Positions 17,733-20,000 of a stretch of DNA of 20,000 nucleotides are shown here, piece after piece. The notes below the pieces were generated by a model. That model made no database searches. It saw nothing but the letters and a program-made list of their open reading frames with translations, and was not told the DNA's origin. Location: the IMG/VR virus record IMGVR_UViG_2660238363_000004; one strand, 5' to 3'. Source of the DNA: an uncultured virus (IMG/VR IMGVR_UViG_2660238363_000004) (Duplodnaviria; Heunggongvirae; Uroviricota; Caudoviricetes). Made by a program: the position numbers and the translations under genes. The stretch's first letter is position 1. Each line of letters opens with the position of its first letter.

Positions 17733-18160
17733 TCACAATCAGCTTTACTAACATTGAATGAGAGGAATGTTATGTCATTTACTGAGACGAAATGATAATG
17801 CAGAGTAACATTCCTTTGACTTAGAGTATCGAAAAACGGATCGCCATTACCAAATGGAGAACAATATTTTTTCACAATCATGTTTTTTGTAGCAACATTT
17901 TGAACACTATCTGGAAGGTGAGATTCGTTTTTAGGTCTTGTAGTATCTATAGCACCTACCTTAACTAAAACAACGATGTCATCATTCGTAGCGGAGATGC
18001 TTTTTATGCTTAAGCTTTTTTCCACATTGGCAGGAACGCCATCTAACGATGGCGTTAATGATTTTGCCATGATGCTTTCGGTTGGTATCTCGTATCGCGC
18101 ATCACCAGCAAATACTAAAGTTGGTAAAGCTAACACTATACAGCATAGTATCGAACGCAT
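17729..18160 (-). CDS. Secreted/periplasmic protein (143 aa) with signal peptide and probable disulfide
   Basis: Sec signal MRSILCCIVLALPTLVFA|GD; mature Cys in KKYCSP and the terminal ADCD; AT-rich; convergent 4-nt overlap with the ejection gene stop. Confidence 0.75.
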   Translation of the reverse strand: MRSILCCIVLALPTLVFAGDARYEIPTESIMAKSLTPSLDGVPANVEKSLSIKSISATNDDIVVLVKVGAIDTTRPKNESHLPDSVQNVATKNMIVKKYCSPFGNGDPFFDTLSQRNVTLHYHFVSVNDITFLSFNVSKADCD

Positions 18161-18227
18161 CTGTAACTTCCGTTATGTCATTGGTGTTGTAAAAATGATT
18201 ACTAGTTCAGTAGTGTGACATGTCACG

Positions 18228-18246
18228 AAAGCCGCTGCGGCGGCCT
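18228..18246 (-). terminator. Probable intrinsic terminator after the toxin gene
   Basis: GCCGC-TGCG-GCGGC hairpin (18231-18244) followed by a short TTT on the minus strand, adjacent to the toxin stop at 18246. Confidence 0.5.
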
Positions 18247-18653
18247 TAAATGCAGTATGCCCTATAGAATTTTAATATCTTCGGATTAGTGAAATCGGAT
18301 GTTTCAAAACCATCCAATACTCGTTGAAGTATGAATTCTTCCATATCCGCGTGGGGAGTAAGTTCTCCGCTTTGCTCGCGTGATATCATGTTTGGCACTT
18401 TCCATACGATAGCATCTTCGTAAAAAACGTAGCTGTCATGGAAGACAAAAGGGTGTTCTCCTGCATGAAGAATACATGCAGGATCACAGTAAGCTGGTGG
18501 GGGATAAACAGAAGAAATGTTCACTACCAGAACACAGTCGCAACCATGTATCGGGTAGTGAACCGGATCATTACAAATGATATGTAAATGATCACTGCCG
18601 CAAACAGGCGCTAAGACAGTTCCTTTCCTGTAAGGGGCATAATGTTGCGTCAT
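18246..18653 (-). CDS. Putative PemK/MazF-fold toxin (PanT partner), 135 aa
   Basis: KGTVL...HLHII......VLVVNISS...CIL.AGEHPFV.HDSYV pattern of PemK-like beta-barrels; ATGA overlap with the Panacea gene. Confidence 0.6.
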   Translation of the reverse strand: MTQHYAPYRKGTVLAPVCGSDHLHIICNDPVHYPIHGCDCVLVVNISSVYPPPAYCDPACILHAGEHPFVFHDSYVFYEDAIVWKVPNMISREQSGELTPHADMEEFILQRVLDGFETSDFTNPKILKFYRAYCI

Positions 18654-19219
18654 GCAAGTTGCCTGCTGAACTGTTTCAGTGCATCTCTTTCACGCATATG
18701 GCGAATTAATTCATCAGCTTCTGATTCACTTTTTCCCCCAGCCATAAGAATATCTTTAGGGCTGATTGGAACTGATGAGCCATGCGGATTTTGCCATTCA
18801 GCACATACTCGATGAGTCAGGTCACAAAGCTCAAATCGTTTGTACCGGCCATATTCATCAAATACTTTGTCAAGAATGCGTTTGTTTGCCTTGCTGAGCT
18901 CATCGAATGCGTCATCGTCATCAAGTCCGTTAACTCGTTTCTTCAATGACACTTCAAAATCTGCCTCACCAGCAATCCAGTCATCCCAAGGTGATTCTTC
19001 CTCCGGGCTTCCTGATTTCAGCAAGTCATATGTTCTTGACAGAACAGGTCCATTATTCATGGATACGGCACGATCACCAGTCATGGAGTCGCCGTAAGTG
19101 ATCATGTATTCCCTGTCAGCAAGATACAGCAACTTCATGAGCTTGATGTATGCCATGCGTCCACCACGTTTAAGCAGCAGATAGCCAGCCATTTGCGCAG
19201 TTTTGCTTTCGCTATACAT
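18650..19219 (-). CDS. Panacea domain (DUF4065/SocA/GepA) antitoxin
   Basis: IKLMKLLYLADR....YG...TGD..V.M.NGPV...YD and L.DLTH...EW motifs; GGAGG SD before ATG 19219. Confidence 0.88.
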   Translation of the reverse strand: MYSESKTAQMAGYLLLKRGGRMAYIKLMKLLYLADREYMITYGDSMTGDRAVSMNNGPVLSRTYDLLKSGSPEEESPWDDWIAGEADFEVSLKKRVNGLDDDDAFDELSKANKRILDKVFDEYGRYKRFELCDLTHRVCAEWQNPHGSSVPISPKDILMAGGKSESEADELIRHMRERDALKQFSRQLA

Positions 19220-19364
19220 ACTCAACCTCCAGAGTAAACAAGATGTTTACCGTGTAGCTAGCTTACTCAAATTTGATGAGTTAAGCAAAGTGAATAGATA
19301 TAAAAAGAAGCGAACACATAGAACATCTAACCAAACTAAGAAGCGAATACCTGCGCCAGCAACC

Positions 19365-19750
19365 TCAGTAACCCTTGGCCTTAGCTATCACGTACTGAGC
19401 GTGCGTCTCGATTTCTCGCAGCGCTTGCTGACGCCAGCTATGTAGCAGAACATAGTCGTTAACTCCGCAGCGGCGCCGGCAACATTATGCCCGTCGGCAT
19501 CCATCTTTTTCAGCATATCCATCAGCATGGAGTGTTCAACCGGACCGTTCACTCCCTCAGGACTATGGATGTGCTCACGGTAGTTCGTCTTCAGAGGGTA
19601 GTGATAGGTCTGCTTCTCTTCCGACTTTATGGTCTCAAGGGTGGCTGGCATCAAACTGGCTACTACCTTCTGCGTTATATCCGCCGGCGAGAGCTCCTGG
19701 CGAACGTATCGCCCGGTGCAGAGGATTTGCGTAAGCAATGTGCCAACTGT
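19365..19750 (-). pseudogene. C-terminal remnant of a Bro-N-type phage antirepressor (5'-truncated, frameshifted)
   Basis: Begins ...LTQILCTGRYV, a degenerate version of the LP.IRKTGRY end of Bro-N. After ~19420 the alternative frame reads LREIETHAQYVIAKAKGY* (TGA 19365-19367), which I recall as the natural C-terminus of such proteins. Confidence 0.55.
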
Positions 19751-19751
19751 A

Positions 19752-20000
19752 TCACGTTGCCTTACTTACCGGGCGAGAAACTCTCTTGTCAACAGGTGGC
19801 TTTTTCCCACCAAAATTACCGGTGTTTGCGGCCTTTCTTTCGTCAAGCCACTGTTCGACTTCATCTCCATCCCAGGCACAGCGTCCGTCGGTAATATAAA
19901 AGCGTTTTGGGAACTGACCTTTGTGTTCAAGGCGGTCGATAGTACTCATCGATAACGGCACCACCAGCAACAACTCTTTCCTACCAAAAGCTTTTTTCAT
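19752..20000 (-). CDS. AlpA-like phage excisionase/regulator (82 aa)
   Basis: KELLLVVPLSMSTIDRLEHKGQFPKRFYITDGRCAWDGDEVEQWLDER shows the AlpA winged-helix pattern; the subtype resembles, from recall, the xis of epsilon15-like prophages. Confidence 0.8.
   Translation of the reverse strand: MKKAFGRKELLLVVPLSMSTIDRLEHKGQFPKRFYITDGRCAWDGDEVEQWLDERKAANTGNFGGKKPPVDKRVSRPVSKAT

Larger units (their letters stand above)
945..20000. mobile_element. Phage satellite-like island (PICI/P4-integrase type) with phage-derived cargo; right boundary not seen in window
   Basis: int-alpA-Bro-ash/icd-primase(DUF927)-ori-ssb core directly after a tRNA 3' end. No second copy of the tRNA 3' end was spotted downstream. 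Whether everything to 20000 is one element is inferred. Confidence 0.65.

Noticed and set aside
19203..19955. Plus-strand ORFs 19203..19445, 19487..19894 and 19629..19955
   Set aside because: They are antisense to recognisable minus-strand genes or remnants and lack motifs.
945..20000. Classification as a canonical P4 satellite, cf-PICI or complete prophage
   Set aside because: No sid, psu, delta, capsid, portal, terminase, tail or lysis genes are recognisable in the window.

Overview
Enterobacterales accessory region built from stacked mobile elements. (1) 1-944 is the right end of a prophage: the 3' end of a group II intron (RT/maturase C-terminus, domains V and VI, ending at 156), a two-gene umuD/humD-like operon, integrase arm-type repeats, and an att core that is the 3' half of tRNA-Arg(UCU). 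(2) From about 945 a second element is integrated in tandem at that att. It has a phage-satellite (PICI/P4-like) core: tyrosine integrase, alpA, Bro-N, DUF4222, ash/icd with a c4-type antisense RNA, Zn-ribbon/TOPRIM/DUF927 primase-helicase, iteron origin and ssb. (3) Cargo follows: a HipA-like kinase plus coupled partner gene, an amber-interrupted colicin-immunity-like gene, and two small ORFs leading into two very large podophage-type DNA-ejection (internal virion) proteins, the first with a lytic transglycosylase domain. After these come a convergent secreted protein, a Panacea (DUF4065) antitoxin with a PemK-like toxin, an antirepressor remnant and a second alpA/xis. I found no capsid, portal, terminase or tail gene and no second att core in the window. 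The most interesting hypothesis is a satellite that supplies its own ejectosome, and possibly a matching exclusion factor, to helper podophage particles. All family assignments come from motif recognition and recall; no database searches were run.
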